Position numbers and translations under genes: made by a program. From positions 2,191,143 to 2,255,142 of the forward strand of contig MU008169.1 in NCBI GenBank assembly GCA_010909165.1: 64,000 nucleotides of DNA, read 5' to 3'. The DNA is from Anthoceros angustus (lineage: Eukaryota > Plantae > Anthocerotophyta). How positions within the stretch are numbered: position 1 is the first letter of the stretch; the number at the start of each line of letters is the position of its first letter. This document shows positions 36,370 through 49,900 of the stretch, in pieces. The notes under the pieces were generated by a model, which searched no databases, was not told the origin of the DNA, and worked only from the letters and a program-made list of their open reading frames with translations.

Positions 36370-36700
36370 GTGGTCGAACTCATTGATTTTGGGGCACCCG
36401 AGATTGAGGTTGAAATTGCGGGTGTTTGGTGCCCGACGTGCCATTAGATTCGGATCGAGTCAACTTGATGACGGAGGAGACGGCTCATCAACTCGGGTTC
36501 ACCGAGTTTCACCCGCCCGAGTATTTTTACGGATGGCCGACTGCAAGGAGAAAGCCACTAGGGGTCAAGGACGTGCGTGAATTGGGGACTCACCTTCCAT
36601 CTTACCTACATTGTGATGCGGCCGGTTTCGGATCTAGGCTATAAGGTTTTGATAGGTAGGCCTTGGTTGTATGGTACTGCGTGTGTTTTTGATTTTGGTC
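36370..36700 (+). pseudogene. pol: Aspartic protease of element B
   Basis: VPDVPLDS with catalytic Asp at 36447-36449; ends YKVLIGRPWL. Confidence 0.8.
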
Positions 36701-37079
36701 GTAGTGGCATCACCTTCAAGTCCAGTAGATACGGACCTGCGGCGATTGCTTTCGTGTCATGGAGTAAGGCTCCTTATGAGGGGGAGTCTGCAACCCAGTC
36801 TGACGGGTACACCTCAGGTAGCACGGGGGTAAGCTCCTCGGGCAGTGACCGAGCATATCGGGGTCCCTCAGTCGAGGTCGCCGAAATAAAGAGTGATTTG
36901 GTGTATACCTGTTTACATATAGAGGAAGTCATAGAAGAATCAGAAGATGAGGCCCATAGAGAAGGAGTAGCCTTTTGGAAGGGCAAAGCTTATGAGCGAG
37001 ACTTTCCGGAAGAGGGATCCGAACCCGATAGGCAGCATCCGGAGGAACATATGTAGATCCGTGAGGACTTAGAGTTAGA

Positions 37080-40000
37080 ACCCAAGGTAGTCAAGATTTC
37101 TAGGTATCTAGGCGGTGGAAAAGAAGAGTTTCGTAGTGCTTAGGGAGTATGTCGATGTGTTTGCCTTCAAGATTACCGACATGAATAGGAACTGGGATAC
37201 ATCGAATTGATTTGAAGGAGGCAAGACACCGTAAGGATCAAGCAATACTGAATCCCAAGTATTCCATGGTCGTTAAGGATCAACGACCAATACTTGGAGC
37301 GGTGATTTATCCGGCTTACCAAAGTGGGTTGCTCCCATCGTAATTGTACCCAAAGCAGGAAAGGTTCGGTGTGTCGATTTCGTGAAACTTAATGAAGCAA
37401 CGAAGAAGGATCATCACCCTTTGCCTTTCATGGACAGCGTAGACATGGCTGGCCATGAAATGTCTGATTTTGGATGGGTATTCGTACAATCAAATTTCGT
37501 TGAGGAAGGAGGATCAGACAAGACAACGCTCACAATTGGGGAACTTACGCTATTCAAGCTCCCTTCGGGTTGTGTAACGCCCGCCACTTTCAACGAGTGG
37601 TGAACGCTATATTCCGAGATTTTTAGAAGTTCATGGAGGTATTCCTAGATGATTTCGTGTTGGGAGGCGGAACGCATCTAGATCATTTAAGCAATGTTTC
37701 GAGATGCAGAATCGAACATGAAACTTCATCCGAAGTGTTATTTTGGTATGACAGAGGGTATCCTGTTGGCACATCGAGTTTCAGAGCGAGGATTGCAGGT
37801 AGATAAGGAGAAGGTAGCAGTCATAGCTGAGATGGACGCACCACAAACGGTGAGGCAGGTGCGTGCTTTTGTAGGGCTGGTAGGATATTACAGGAGGTTC
37901 ATCAAGGATTTCGCCAAGAAGGCAGCCTTGTTGACACAATTGACCAAAAAGGATACACCGTTCGAATGGACAACGCGACGAGGCCCTTGAAGGACTTGGT
38001 GAGCGCCAACACTTGCAACCGATTGGGAAAAACCGTTTCATGTATACGTGATGTGTCCGCCATTGGGACCGTCTTAAGCCGAAGGAGAAGAAAGCGGGAT
38101 CATCCGATTTTCTATGCGGTAGACACTCACGGATCCGAAAAGAACTACTCAACCACGGAGCGGGAGGGTCTTGGTATCATTTACTCCCTAAGAAGTTTAG
38201 ACACTATCCGCTTGCAAGGTGACGCTTCATGTTGACCATTTTGCGTTGAAGTATCTTGTCAACAAGCCGGTTTCGTGAAGGATTGCCGTGGGTACTCGCT
38301 GCAAGAGTTTGACTACGACGAAACCAGGCAGGAAGCAACATCGAACGCTGATTTCATTTCTCGTCGGCGGAGAGCGACTTGAGGCCACGATTTCGACGAG
38401 GAGTTGGTCGCCACGACTGGTCAAGGAAGGACGAGCATAATGAAGACGGCCTAAGAATTGATCAGCAAGTCTTGTTGCTAGAAGAGGCCAAGTGAGCAAG
38501 AAGGGAAGCGTTGTGCGAAAGGCTGCAGGACAACTGGAAATCCGAGAGAGGATAGCGGGCATGGGCGCGAGGAGGAGGCTGAAATGCTCCTCAAGGGTGA
38601 GCAGTCGGGAGCTGCAAGTGGAGGCCACGAGTTGGCAACAGGAAGGAGATGCATCCCATGACAAGCTTGAAGAAAACTGGGAGAAGGAAATGGCAGATCA
38701 TGGGAAATCGCCCATGAGGCGACCATGGGGGCAGCGGGCCAAGGCGTGAGGCCGCCGAAGAAGGCGAAGTCGGCCCATTCGGAAGGATCAGATGAGGCCC
38801 ATAGAAGGAGTAGCCTTTTGGAAGGGCAAAGCTTATGAGCGAGACTTTCCAAGAGGGATCCGAACCATATAGGCAGCATGGGAAGGAACCTATGTAGATC
38901 CCCGGTGGAGGACTTAGAGTTAGAACCCGCAAGGTAGTCAAGGTTTCTAGGTATCTAGGCGGTGGAAAAGAAGAGTTTCGTAGTGCTTAGGGAGTATGTC
39001 GATGTGTTTGCCTTCAAGATTACCGACATGACATCGAGAACTGGGATACATCGAATTGATTTGAAGGAGGCGCACAGAGGATCAAGCAATACTGAATCCC
39101 AAGTATTCCATGGTTGATCAACGACCAATACTTGGGCGGTGATTTATCCTTCACCGGTGAGTGGGTTGCTCCCATCGTGATTGTACCAAGAAGCAGGAAA
39201 GGTTCGGTGTGTCGATTTCGTGAAACTTAATGAAGCAACGAAGAAGGATCATCACCCTTTGCCTTTCATGGACAGCGTGCTGACATGGCTGGCCATGAAA
39301 TGTACTGATGGATGGGTACTGGTTACAATCGATTTCGTTGAGGAAGGAGGATCAGACAAGACAACGTTCTCCGATTGGGGAACTTACGCTTATTCCAAGC
39401 TCCCTTCGGGTTGTGTAACGCCCGCCACTTTCAACGAGTGGTGAACGCTATATTCCGAGATTTTTCGGAAGTTCATGGAGGTATTCCTAGATGATTTCGT
39501 GTGTTGGGAGGCGGAACGCATCTAGATCATTTAAGGCAATGTTTCAGATGCAGAATCGAACATGAAACTTCATCCGAAGTGTTATTTTGGTATGACAGAG
39601 GGTATCTGTTGGCACATCGAGTTTCGGGCGGATTGCGTAGATAAGGAGAAGGTAGCGATATAGTCGAGATGGACGCACCCAAACGGTGAGGCAGTGCGTG
39701 CTTTTGTAGGGCTGGTAGGATATTACAGAGGTTCATCAAGGATTTCGCCAAGAAGGCAGCCTTGTTGACACAATTGACCAAGAAGGATACACCTTCGAAT
39801 GGACAACGCGAGGCGAGGCTTTTCAGCTGAAGGACTTGGTGAGCGCCAACGTTACAACCACCGATTGGGAAAAACCGTTTCATGTATACGTGATGTGTCC
39901 GCCATTGGGACCGTCTTAAGCCGGAAGGAGAAGAAAGCGGGATCATCCGATTTTCTATGCGGTAGATGCTCACGGATGAAAGAACTACTCAACCACGGAG

Positions 40001-42370
40001 CGGGAGGGTCTTGGTATCATTTACTCGTAAGAAGTTTAGACACTATCCGCTTGCAAGGTGACGCTTCATGTTGACCATTTTGCGTTGAAGTATCTTGTCA
40101 ACAAGCCGGTTTCGTGAAGGATTGCCGTGGGTACTCGCTGCAAGAGTTTGACTACGACGAAACCAGGCAGGAAGCAACATCGAACGCTGATTTCATTTCT
40201 CGTCGGCGGAGAGCGACTTGAGGCCACGATTTCGACGAGGAGTTGGTCGCCACGACTGGTCAAGGAAGGACGAGAAGAAAGCGGGATCATCCGATTTTCT
40301 ATGCCACAGACGACGAAAAGAACTACTCAACCACGGAGCGGGAGGGTCTTGGTATCATTTACTCCTGTAAAAAGTTTAGACACTATCTGCTTGCTTGCAA
40401 GGTGACGTTTCATGTTGACCATTTTGCGTTGAAGTATCTTGTCAACAAGCCAGATTTGTCAGGAAGGATTGCCAGGTGGGTACTACTGCTGCAAGAGTTT
40501 GACTACGACGTCGAAACCAGACCAGGAAAGCAACATCAGAACGCTGATTTCATTTCTCGTCTGAAAACTGGAGAGCGACTTGAGGCAACAGACGACCGAT
40601 TTCCTGACGAGGAGTTGGTCGCCACGACCTGGGTCGAAGGAGAAGGACACGAGCATAATGAAGACGGCCGAAGAAGTGATCAGCAAGTCTTGTTGCTAGA
40701 GGAGAGGCCAAGTGAGCAAGAAGGGAGCGTTGTGCAGGAAAAGCTGCAGCAGGACAATCTGGAAATCCGAGAGAGGATAGGACGGCGCCAGCATGAGCGC
40801 GAGGAGGAGACTGAAATGCTCCTCAAGGGTGAGCAGTCAGGAGCACTGCAAGTGGAGGCCACGAGTTGGCAACAGGAAGGAGATGCATCCCATGACAAGC
40901 TTGAAGAAAACTGGGAGAAGGAAATGGCAGATCATGGGAAATCGCCCATGAGGCGACCATGGGGGCAGCGGGCCAAGGCGTGAGGCCGCCGAAGAAGGCG
41001 AAGTCGGCCCATTCGGAAGGATCAGATGAGGCGCAGCAGTATGTGAACCTAGGGAGAAGCAAGGAGGCGATGGATTTACGGATAGATCCACGCCACTTGG
41101 GGCTGCCGGAGCGGCTAGGAGGAGGCGACGTACGCCGGAGGAGGAGATTAGAACGCGAGGGGCGTTCATGCCCGAGATATCTGTTGAATGGTGAGGTACG
41201 CAAATTCCTGAAGCATGGAATCATGCCCGAGGGGTTGTCCAGGGAGGGGCGAGCCGTCTTTCTCCATAAAGCCTCGCCCTACTGCTTGAAGGCGGGTGTT
41301 CTGTACAAACAAGGCCCGGACGATAAAATTCGAAGATGCCTCGAGGTTGAAGAAGCCGCACTCGTCACGGAGGCACTACATGCAGAAGAGGCTGGTGGAC
41401 ACTATTCGGTACAGGTGACCGTTAAGAAGATTTTGAATGCATTGGTGGCTACGATGCAAAAGGATGTGTGGGAGTTCACCGAGGTGTGATGCGTGTCGAG
41501 GGTTGGGCGGCCTACGTTGTCGACACAATGGCCTCTTACCTACATCTTACCACGCACCTTCGAGAAGTGGGGAATCGACGTGGGACCGATCAAACCACCA
41601 ACGCAATGGACTAAGAAGCAGTACATTTTGGTGGCTACGGATTGTACAAAGATGGTGGAAGCAGCGAGGAAGGATGACGCCTGCAGGTGGCCAAATTTTT
41701 ATTCGAGAACATCATAACGAGGTGGATGTCCTTTAGAGTTGGTCACGACCGGGGACACATTTCCTCAACTCGGTCGTCCCTAACCACCTACTTCAACATT
41801 CCGCATCGAAGACGACTCCTACAACCCCAAAGGCAAATGGATTGTGGAGAAGACGAATGGGTTGCTCGCACAATCCTCACCAAGGTAATGGCACACATGT
41901 ATGATTGGGATGCTAAGTTGCATTCGCATTGTGGGCCTACAGACCCGCGGAGAAGATAACCACCAAGAAGACACCTTATTATCTAACATATGGTATGTCT
42001 CCGTGATGCCGTGGAATTTGAAGTACCACCTACTGATCATGGAGGATGAACGGATGGAGAGGATAGTCGTAGCTAGGTTAGAAGCTTTCATAGCAGAGGA
42101 GCATAGGGAGGATGCTTTAGAAGAAACAGATTCGTGAACTCGTAAAAGATCGGCATGATGGGAGGTTGAGGAAGCAGAGACTATCGTGGACGGGATTTGG
42201 TTCTTCTATATGATAGTCGGTACCTAGACTTTCCAGGAAGCTCAGGCTAAGATGGATGGGACCTTACGAGGTGGTCGCAGATACGAGAATGGATCCGTGC
42301 AACTCGGGTCGGGCGGGTACCACCGAGTCAATGGGTGGAAGGTCAAGAAGTACCTCCACCAGTACTGTTG
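37080..42370 (+). pseudogene. pol: RT, RNase H (both duplicated) and integrase of element B
   Basis: KLNEATKKDHHPLPFMD; MEVFLDDF at 37633-37656 and 39475-39498; NYSTTEREGLGIIYSCKKFRHYL; LHAEEAGGHY; FEKWGID; RWMGPYEV; NGWKVKKY. Confidence 0.92.
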
Positions 42371-42390
42371 TTTGCGAGGACGCAAACAGT

Positions 42391-42403
42391 GAGGTGGGGA
42401 GTA
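42391..42403 (+). promoter_or_regulatory. Polypurine tract of element B
   Basis: GAGGTGGGGAGTA directly before TGTGGAA. Confidence 0.8.
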
Positions 42404-43437
42404 TGTGGAACGAAAGTTTGGGCAACCAGCCCAAAAGAGCAAGACAAACAAGTTTGATTTTTTTGGCTAGAACGATTGAAGAGGAGCATGCCAAGAAATT
42501 TTCGAGAATCTTGAAGCGGAGTTGTAGGATATTGTTAGGAAGGCAAAAGGATATCCCGGAAGAAGAACGGTTACCCCGACGCGGGAGGGCGTCGAAAGGT
42601 AGGTGGCACTACGTAGGGTCCACCACCCGTAGAAGGAAGCGGACTACATGTGTGGCGGACTACCGTGGTCGACAATCTCGCTAAAAGGAAATTTAGAATA
42701 GAGGATATCCACTATATATGCTCACCAATAGGGAATAAATATATAGAGTAATTAGAAGCGGTTAATTAGGATAGCGGATAGGAAAATAGGTAGTTTAGAT
42801 AGAATTAGGATTTTGGAATGATGAATCCAATCTAGGGTTGTGGCCGCCGGTGGCGACATCCAAAGGAGGGCAAAGTGCGGTTGGCCAACTTCCTCCAATT
42901 TGTGGAAGATTAAGAAGGAGAAGCTCCTCAAGCCAAATTCGTGGATGAGGAAGGCCGAGGTTGGAAAGGCCTTTGCCTTTGCATTGCGAAGACGGTGGGA
43001 GGTCGACCTCCACAAGCATGCTAGAAGCAAGGGAGAGGAAGGAATGCTAGAAGCAAGAGGAGCATGCCAAGAGGAAGAGGAGCTCTCACGCGCCGCCACG
43101 GAAGGGAAGTGGGGCGAGCGCCAGAAACAAAGTCTTGTAGGATTCCCATAGCGAGAGTATAGTCTTAGGATTGACAAGTGATTTGATCAAAAACAAGTTT
43201 GCACACCAAAATCACAAAGCCCTAAACACTCTAAATGTTTGTACACATGATTGTGAGAATGACCTTCTTTTAGGAAGGCTCAAAATTGGATAAAATTGAG
43301 AATCAAGACATTGTGCACACGTAAACAAGACCTAAACTATTCAAAATGGTCTTTTAGTGCGGATTTTTAGCATGCAATTTGGGGTTTAGCAACAAAATTG
43401 AGAAACCTTTCTACCCGATCTTTTAATCTAGAAACCC

Positions 43438-43769
43438 ATGGGAGTTAATGATATCGATCCCCTTGCTCCTTCTTGTCTGGTGGTAACACAATATCGGCGC
43501 GATGCTCGCCGTGCATTGAACTTGAGAATTTATGGTCTTGGTAATGACATTGTTGCACCACTTGTGGCTGCAAAGGAGTTTCTCAATAGGCTAGAGGTCG
43601 ATGTGGTCGCTGCTCGAGCCTTGCTTGGAAAGGATCGGTAGACCGCATATTGATTATGACTTTTCACTCCATGGATGATCGCCTCGTTATGAAGGCTAGG
43701 TCTATGTTACGACGACTTATATATCAATCGATCTTACACCATTGCAATGGAAGATTAAGAAGGAGAAGT
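43438..43769 (+). pseudogene. LINE-ORF1p-like gene of unit Y, partial copy inside the B 3' LTR
   Basis: MGVNDIDP...RRALNLRIYGL...RALLGKD, then RILIMTFHSMDDRL after a frameshift. Confidence 0.6.
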
Positions 43770-45972
43770 GTTTGGAGAGAAGCAGGAGCACCGCTTGGGA
43801 AGTAATTCCTTCCTTTAAACACTTGGAAAGGAAGCCATGCCTCGAGGAGGAAGGCAAGGGAAGGAGCCGCCAGCAAGGCTCTTCCTCGCGAGGAAGGAAT
43901 GCTAGAAGCAAGAGGAGCAAGCAAGGGAGAGGAGGTGAACTTCAATGCCAATTCACTTGCTTTGGCAGCTCAACCCCGATTTGGTTGATTTTCGGCGTGG
44001 CGGAGGAGAACATCCAATTGGGATGGGTGTATGGCCGCCAATGGGCCTACACCAATTTGGAATTGATTGAGGAGTGTTACATCAACCTCCATCAATCGAG
44101 CGCCCTGCCGCACGGAAGGAATGCTAGAACGGATCCCGCTGTTGGGTGGAAGCATTCGGCAGTGTATGGAAGACCGGAGGAAGAGCATGCTCTCTCGAAA
44201 GGTCGAATGGAGGGAAGAGGACATCCCTCTCGACATCCCGCAGGAGTTCCTTGACATGATGGATGGAGGAGAACATCCAACTAGGATGGGTGTATGGCCG
44301 CCAATGGGCCTACACCAATTTGGAATTGATTGAGGAGTGTTACATCAACCTCCATCAATCGGAAGCGCCCGCACGGAAGGAATGCTAGAACGGATCGCTG
44401 GACCGGGGCGAAGTATTCGACAGTGTATGGAAGACCGGAGGAGAGCTCGAATTGCTCTCCTCGAAAGGTCGAATGGAGGAAGAGGACACCCTCTCGACAT
44501 CCCGCAGGAGTTCCTTGACATGATGGATGGAGGTGAAGCCCACGCCAAGAATGGCTGGAAGACCGAGAGCATCAAGGAGTCAAGTGGAGGCTCTTCGCAA
44601 AGATTGTGCTGGGGTTGGTAAATTACCAACGCACTTCTTATTTCAGCACCAACTTCCTCCAATTTGTGGAAGATTTCCATGGGAGCCAAGCCGGATTGGG
44701 GACTATAATGTATGAGGCCTACATCCACCATCGAGAAGCTCCTCAAGCCAAATTCGTGGATGAGGAAGGGCCAAGGCCATGCTACCTCAGCACCTATTTG
44801 GTGCATTTATGGGAAACAGAGGGACTTCTCACAAGCAAGGAGCTTGAAGATGCGTGGCATCCCTTTGAAGTCATCCACCTCCAGCCGAGTTTGGAAAGGC
44901 CTTTGCCTTTTGCATTGCGGAAGACAGTGGGAGGTCAGACCTCCACAAGCATGCTAGAAGCAAGAGGAGAAGATGCGGAGGCAACAAGGTTGCCGGAGTG
45001 GGAATCTTTTCCCCCACAGGAGCAAGCAAGGGGAGAGGAGCAGGAACCGGCCGAGGAAGGCCGAATGGTAGTCTATGAGAGAAGGACCAGGAGGGTGTGA
45101 CCAGAGTGGGGAGTCCCCACCATCTCCTTTGTGCCTACGAGAGGCACCAGACTACCCGGTGGGAGGCGGTCTACCCAAGGGGTGGGCAGCCTACCGTGGT
45201 AGGCGTCACCTACCATGGTAGGTAGGCGACTACCACGTGGGGAGCACGCATAGGCGGGCACCCCACGCCAAGAATGGCTGGAAGACCGGAGGAAAGGCAA
45301 GGGAAGGAGAAGCAGGCGTGCGCGCCGAGGCCACCATCTCCGCGGGTGGGAGGCGGATGGAGCGACAGTGAAGGACCCCGCCGCCATGGCCCGAAAGTGC
45401 GGGGAGCTGGAAATTTCCAGAAGAAGGGGGGTGGAAGGACCCCTAGGAGAATTCTGGGAGCTTGTGAAGCACTCACCGCGTGGATTTGAAGGGGCTAGGG
45501 ACCTAGCAGCCTCCTTGTGGGCATGCCAAGAGGAAGTGAAATCTCAAGACATGGCCGGAGGAAAGGCAGGACTAATGGCAATTGGAGGCCATGGAGTCCG
45601 ATGAAAAGGCAGCCAAATTGGAAAAGGTGGAGAAGCTCCAGCGACCTCATGGATGATCGCCGGTTATGAAGGCTAGGTCTATGTTACGACGACTCGTATA
45701 TATCAATACGATCTTACACCATTGCAATGGAAGATTAAGAAGGAGAAGTTACCGCTGTGAGTCGTGCGCAAGTCAACGGCTTTCTTTCATGGGGATGAAT
45801 TTGTGGTGTTTAGCCCTCGTTCATGCATTTCATTAACATTATTGATTGATTGAAGATTATTTGTCTTGTTTGAATTTTACCTTTGCATGTCTAGACCATT
45901 TTACCGCAATCTATGTAGTTGCCATATTTCAATCCTATGACGAAGATCCGTCCTTAGTGGACTTGAATAAAT

Positions 45973-46056
45973 TTCTTCTTCTTCCTCTTCATCTTCTTCA
46001 TCTTCTTCATCTTCTTCTCTTCTTCTTGTTGTTCTTCTTCTTCCTCCTCTTCTTCT

Positions 46057-46091
<35 letters not shown>

Positions 46092-46170
46092 TCTTCTTCT
46101 TCTTCTTCTTCTTCTTCTTCTTCTTCTTCTTCATCTTCTTCTTCTTCTTCTTCATCTTCTTCTTCTTCTT
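45973..46170. repeat. (CTT)n microsatellite of unit Y
   Basis: Imperfect CTT array with the same flanks as at 51687, 58475 and 62609. Confidence 0.95.
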
Positions 46171-46374
46171 AAAGTTATTAATTGTATTTAGAAAACTATG
46201 AAACTTCTTCACCTCTAGGTATTGTATGTATACATGTTTAGTATAGTGATTATTTTTCACTAGCATAGTAAATAAAAATATTTATTTAATTATTTATGTA
46301 TGCTATTCTTTGCAACAACAAAGAAACATACAACCATATTACATACATATCGGCCCTTCTTGTTTCCACCTTTA

Positions 46375-46990
46375 AATTTGCATACTAAATTGTGCTAACA
46401 TGAAGTCTTGCGATATGCAATCTCGCATCACTTGACCATGGTACACATCTAGCTCCGCATCCAAGACCTCGCACTTTTGACTATGGCGGAGGTGGCTACC
46501 TCCTCTTCCTATAACATGTGCCGCCACACTCCCATTTGGGGTCGTTGGTTTGCCGCTTGTATTATCATTCGCATATCAATTGCCTCAATGGTCATTGGTT
46601 TGCCATCAAGATCCAAGTGGTTGTTTGGCTTAGTGGTTCGACGAGCTTCAGAAGAGAACCACAATAGGGTTGCAACAAAGTCGTGGCTCAAGTATCACAA
46701 AGTTAGAGACTTCAACTTAAACGTGAGACAAGATCAAACAACAAAATCCAAATGTAAAATTGAAGTTCAAAACCGCCCAATCATATATCGACAAGCTAGG
46801 GCACAAGTAACACTAAATATGCACAAGTTCCACTAAGTACTTAAGCATCTAACTGCACACCAAAGTGTGTAGTTACAAACCTTGGAGGTTAAGTAGGTGC
46901 GTCTTGCTACACGGTTATCTCAGAAGTCGTGTGTCAACACCTCCGAGCCCCGCCTCGAGAACCTCTCGCCCTGGCAGCATGTCCGCATTG
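46375..46990 (-). pseudogene. ALY/REF-like gene, C-terminal part (fragment)
   Basis: LDGKPMTIEAI and LDAELDVYH on the minus strand. Confidence 0.6.
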
Positions 46991-49900
46991 GATGACGCGG
47001 AGAAGGTCTGAGGGAAGTTGTCACAAGTCAAGAAAGAGCCATTCGGGCAACAACCCAAAAATTCATGGAGGCAAAAGGCGGAGAGCATTTTGCCCAATTA
47101 GAGCAAGAAAGGAAAAGCAAGAGGCACTAGGAAAGGAGAAGCAACTCGGCAAGTGGAGGCTCTTCGCAAAGATTGTGCTGGGGTTGGTAAATTACCAACG
47201 CACTTCTTATTTTCAAAGACCAACTTCCTCCAATTTGTGGAAGATTTCCATGGGAGCCAAGCCGGATTGGGGACTATGTATGAGGCCTACATCCACCATC
47301 GAGAAGCTCCTCAAGCCAAATTCGGTGGATGAGGAAGGCCAAGGCCCTACCTTAGCACCTATTTGGTGCATTTATGGGAAACCGAGGGACTCCTCACAAG
47401 CAAGGAGCTTGAAGATGCATGGCATCCCTTTGAGGTCATCCACCTCCGAGGTTGGAAAGGCCTTTGCCTTTGCATTGCGAAGACGGTGGGAGGTCGACCT
47501 CCACAAGCATGCTAGAAGCAAGAGGAGAAGATGCGAGGCAACAAGGTTGCCGGAGTGGGAATCTCTTCCCACAGGGGCAAGCAAGGGAGAGGAGCGGCCG
47601 AGGAAGGCCGAATGGTGGTCTATGAGAGAAGGACCACAGGGAGGTGTGACCAGAGTGGGGAGTCCCCACCATCTCCTTTGTGCCTACGAGAGGCACCCGC
47701 AGACTACCCCTGAGGCGGTCTACCCAAGGGGTGGGCACTACCGTGGTAGGCGTCACCTACCATGGTAGGTAGGCACTACCATGAGGGGAGCACCCTGCAG
47801 TGGCGGGCACCCCACGCCAAGAATGGCTGGAAGACCGGAGGAAAGGCAAGGGAAGGAGAAGCACGTGCGCCGAACCACCATCTCCGCTGGGTGGGAGGCG
47901 GATGGAGCGACGTGAAGGGGACCGCCTGGCCCGAGAGTGCGAGAGCTGGAAATTTCCAGCAAGAAGGCGAGGTGGAATTAGGACCCCTAGGAGAATTCTG
48001 GGAGCTTGTGAAGCACTCACGTGGATTTGAAGGGGCTAGGGACCTAGCAGCCTCCTTGTGGGCATGCCAAGAGGAAGTGAAATCTCAAGACATGGCCGGA
48101 GGAAAGGCAGGACTAATGGCAATTGGAGGCCATGGAGTCCGATGAAAAGGCAGCCAAATTGGAAAAGGTCAGAGAAGCTCCAGCGACCTCATGGATGACG
48201 CGCGGAGAAGTCTGGAGGTTGTCATGGTCAAGAAAGAGCCATTCGGGCAACAACCCAAAAGGATTCTTGGAGGCAAAAGGCGGAGAGCATTTTGCCCAAT
48301 TAGAGCAAGAAAGGAAAAGCAAGGTGAGGCACTAGGAAAGGAAAAGCAAGGGAGAGCAGTGATGGCTACTCAAGCCATCAAAATCCGGATATGGGAGAGG
48401 AGTTGAGAAGGAGAAGCTCCTCAAGCCAAATTCGTGGATGAGGAAGGGAAGGAGAAGCACAAGACCGAGTCGGAGCGAGCGAAGGAATGCTTGGCAAGCG
48501 GAGAGGAGGGCTTGCCCAATTAGCGACTTGGAACAAAGGAGGTCTCGAGGAGGAGGAGCGCCACAAGAAGGTGGTGCATGGAATCGGTAGTGAGGAAGCG
48601 ATTTTGGGACTATGCCCTTGAGCAAAATTGGCCAAAGTGAGGGAGGAGAATGTAACCTCCATGTGAAGGTGGGAGAATTAACCACCTCAAGAGATGCCTA
48701 CAAGGTAGGTGTGAAGATGGAGAGTGGCCCACGGAGATTGATGATCTCCAAATGCAATATCACAACTTGGGGCTCACCTCCACAGATCTTGAAGGCCAAC
48801 AACGAAGTCTTACGGTTGGCCAAAGGAGGACATTGGGTCCTCATGATGATGATGACAAGGAGCGCAACATGCGGAGGCCTCCGATTTTGATGAGGCCATC
48901 GAAATGGACTCGAGGAACTGAGGAGTCGAGGTGAAGGAGCCACCGCGCCCGCGGAGATGGAGGCAAAAGGCGGAGAGCAAGGAGAGGGACAGCCCACCTC
49001 GGGGTCACCTACCTCAGTGGTGACCACCCTACCACGTAGTCCGCCGGACTACCGTGGGGCCACACACGCCGCGGACTACCGGGTAGCGGGCAGCGCAGCG
49101 GGGGGAGTTGGGCCGGCCCAAGGCCCAAGATGGAAAGGCCGGGGGTCGTAGTATACCCCTAAGGAGCTGGGGTGGTGGGAGAGACAACCCCACCGAGGAA
49201 ACTAGAGGTCCGACCCTGAGGAGGAGGAGGGGTGAGGAATCCCTTATCCCACGAGTAAGGGAGGAACCGGACCCGAGGAGGAGTCCAACGCAAAAGGGCC
49301 CGAGAGATTAGGCAAAATCCGCATGGTGGGCGATGGGGATGAAGGGTGCTCTATGATAGGTATGGACAAATCAACAAAGGCAAGAGCAATGAAGATCCCG
49401 ACCCAAGAAACCCTCACGGCGGAGAAAGGAAAGAAGGAAGTAAGAGTTAGGGGCGACTACCACGATGGTAGTCACCCTGTAGTCTGCCCGGACTACCGCG
49501 GTAGGGTCGATGAACGGCGCGACAACGGAGATGGAGGAAGGCGCCTAGGTGCGCGGGAAGCGCGATTCGGAGGAGGAGGAGTCCAACGCAAAAGGGCCCG
49601 GAGAGATTAGGCAAAATCCATGGTGGGCGGATGGGGATGAAGGGTGCTCTATGATAGGTATGGACAAATCAAACAAGGCAAGAGCAATGAAGATCCCGAC
49701 CAAGAAACCCTCACGGCGGAGGCGGGAAGAAGGAAAGAAGGGGTCGACTACCACGATGGTAGTCACCTAGAGTCGTGGACTACCGCGTAGGGTGCGAATA
49801 ACGGCGCGAGGCGGGACCCGAGGAGGAGGAAGGCGCCTAGGTGCGCGGGAAGCGCGATTCGGAGGGCCAGAGGAATCCAGACGCCGCCCGCGGAGATGGA

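Noticed and set aside
42200-42403. Chromodomain at the integrase C-terminus (also 6300-6510)
   Set aside because: Both integrases end shortly after the GPY/F-type motif, directly before the PPT.
45846-46266. Poly-Glu, poly-Lys and poly-Leu/Ser ORFs (also 51578-51956, 58366-58741, 62500-62772)
   Set aside because: They are reading frames through a (CTT)n microsatellite whose length and frame differ between copies.
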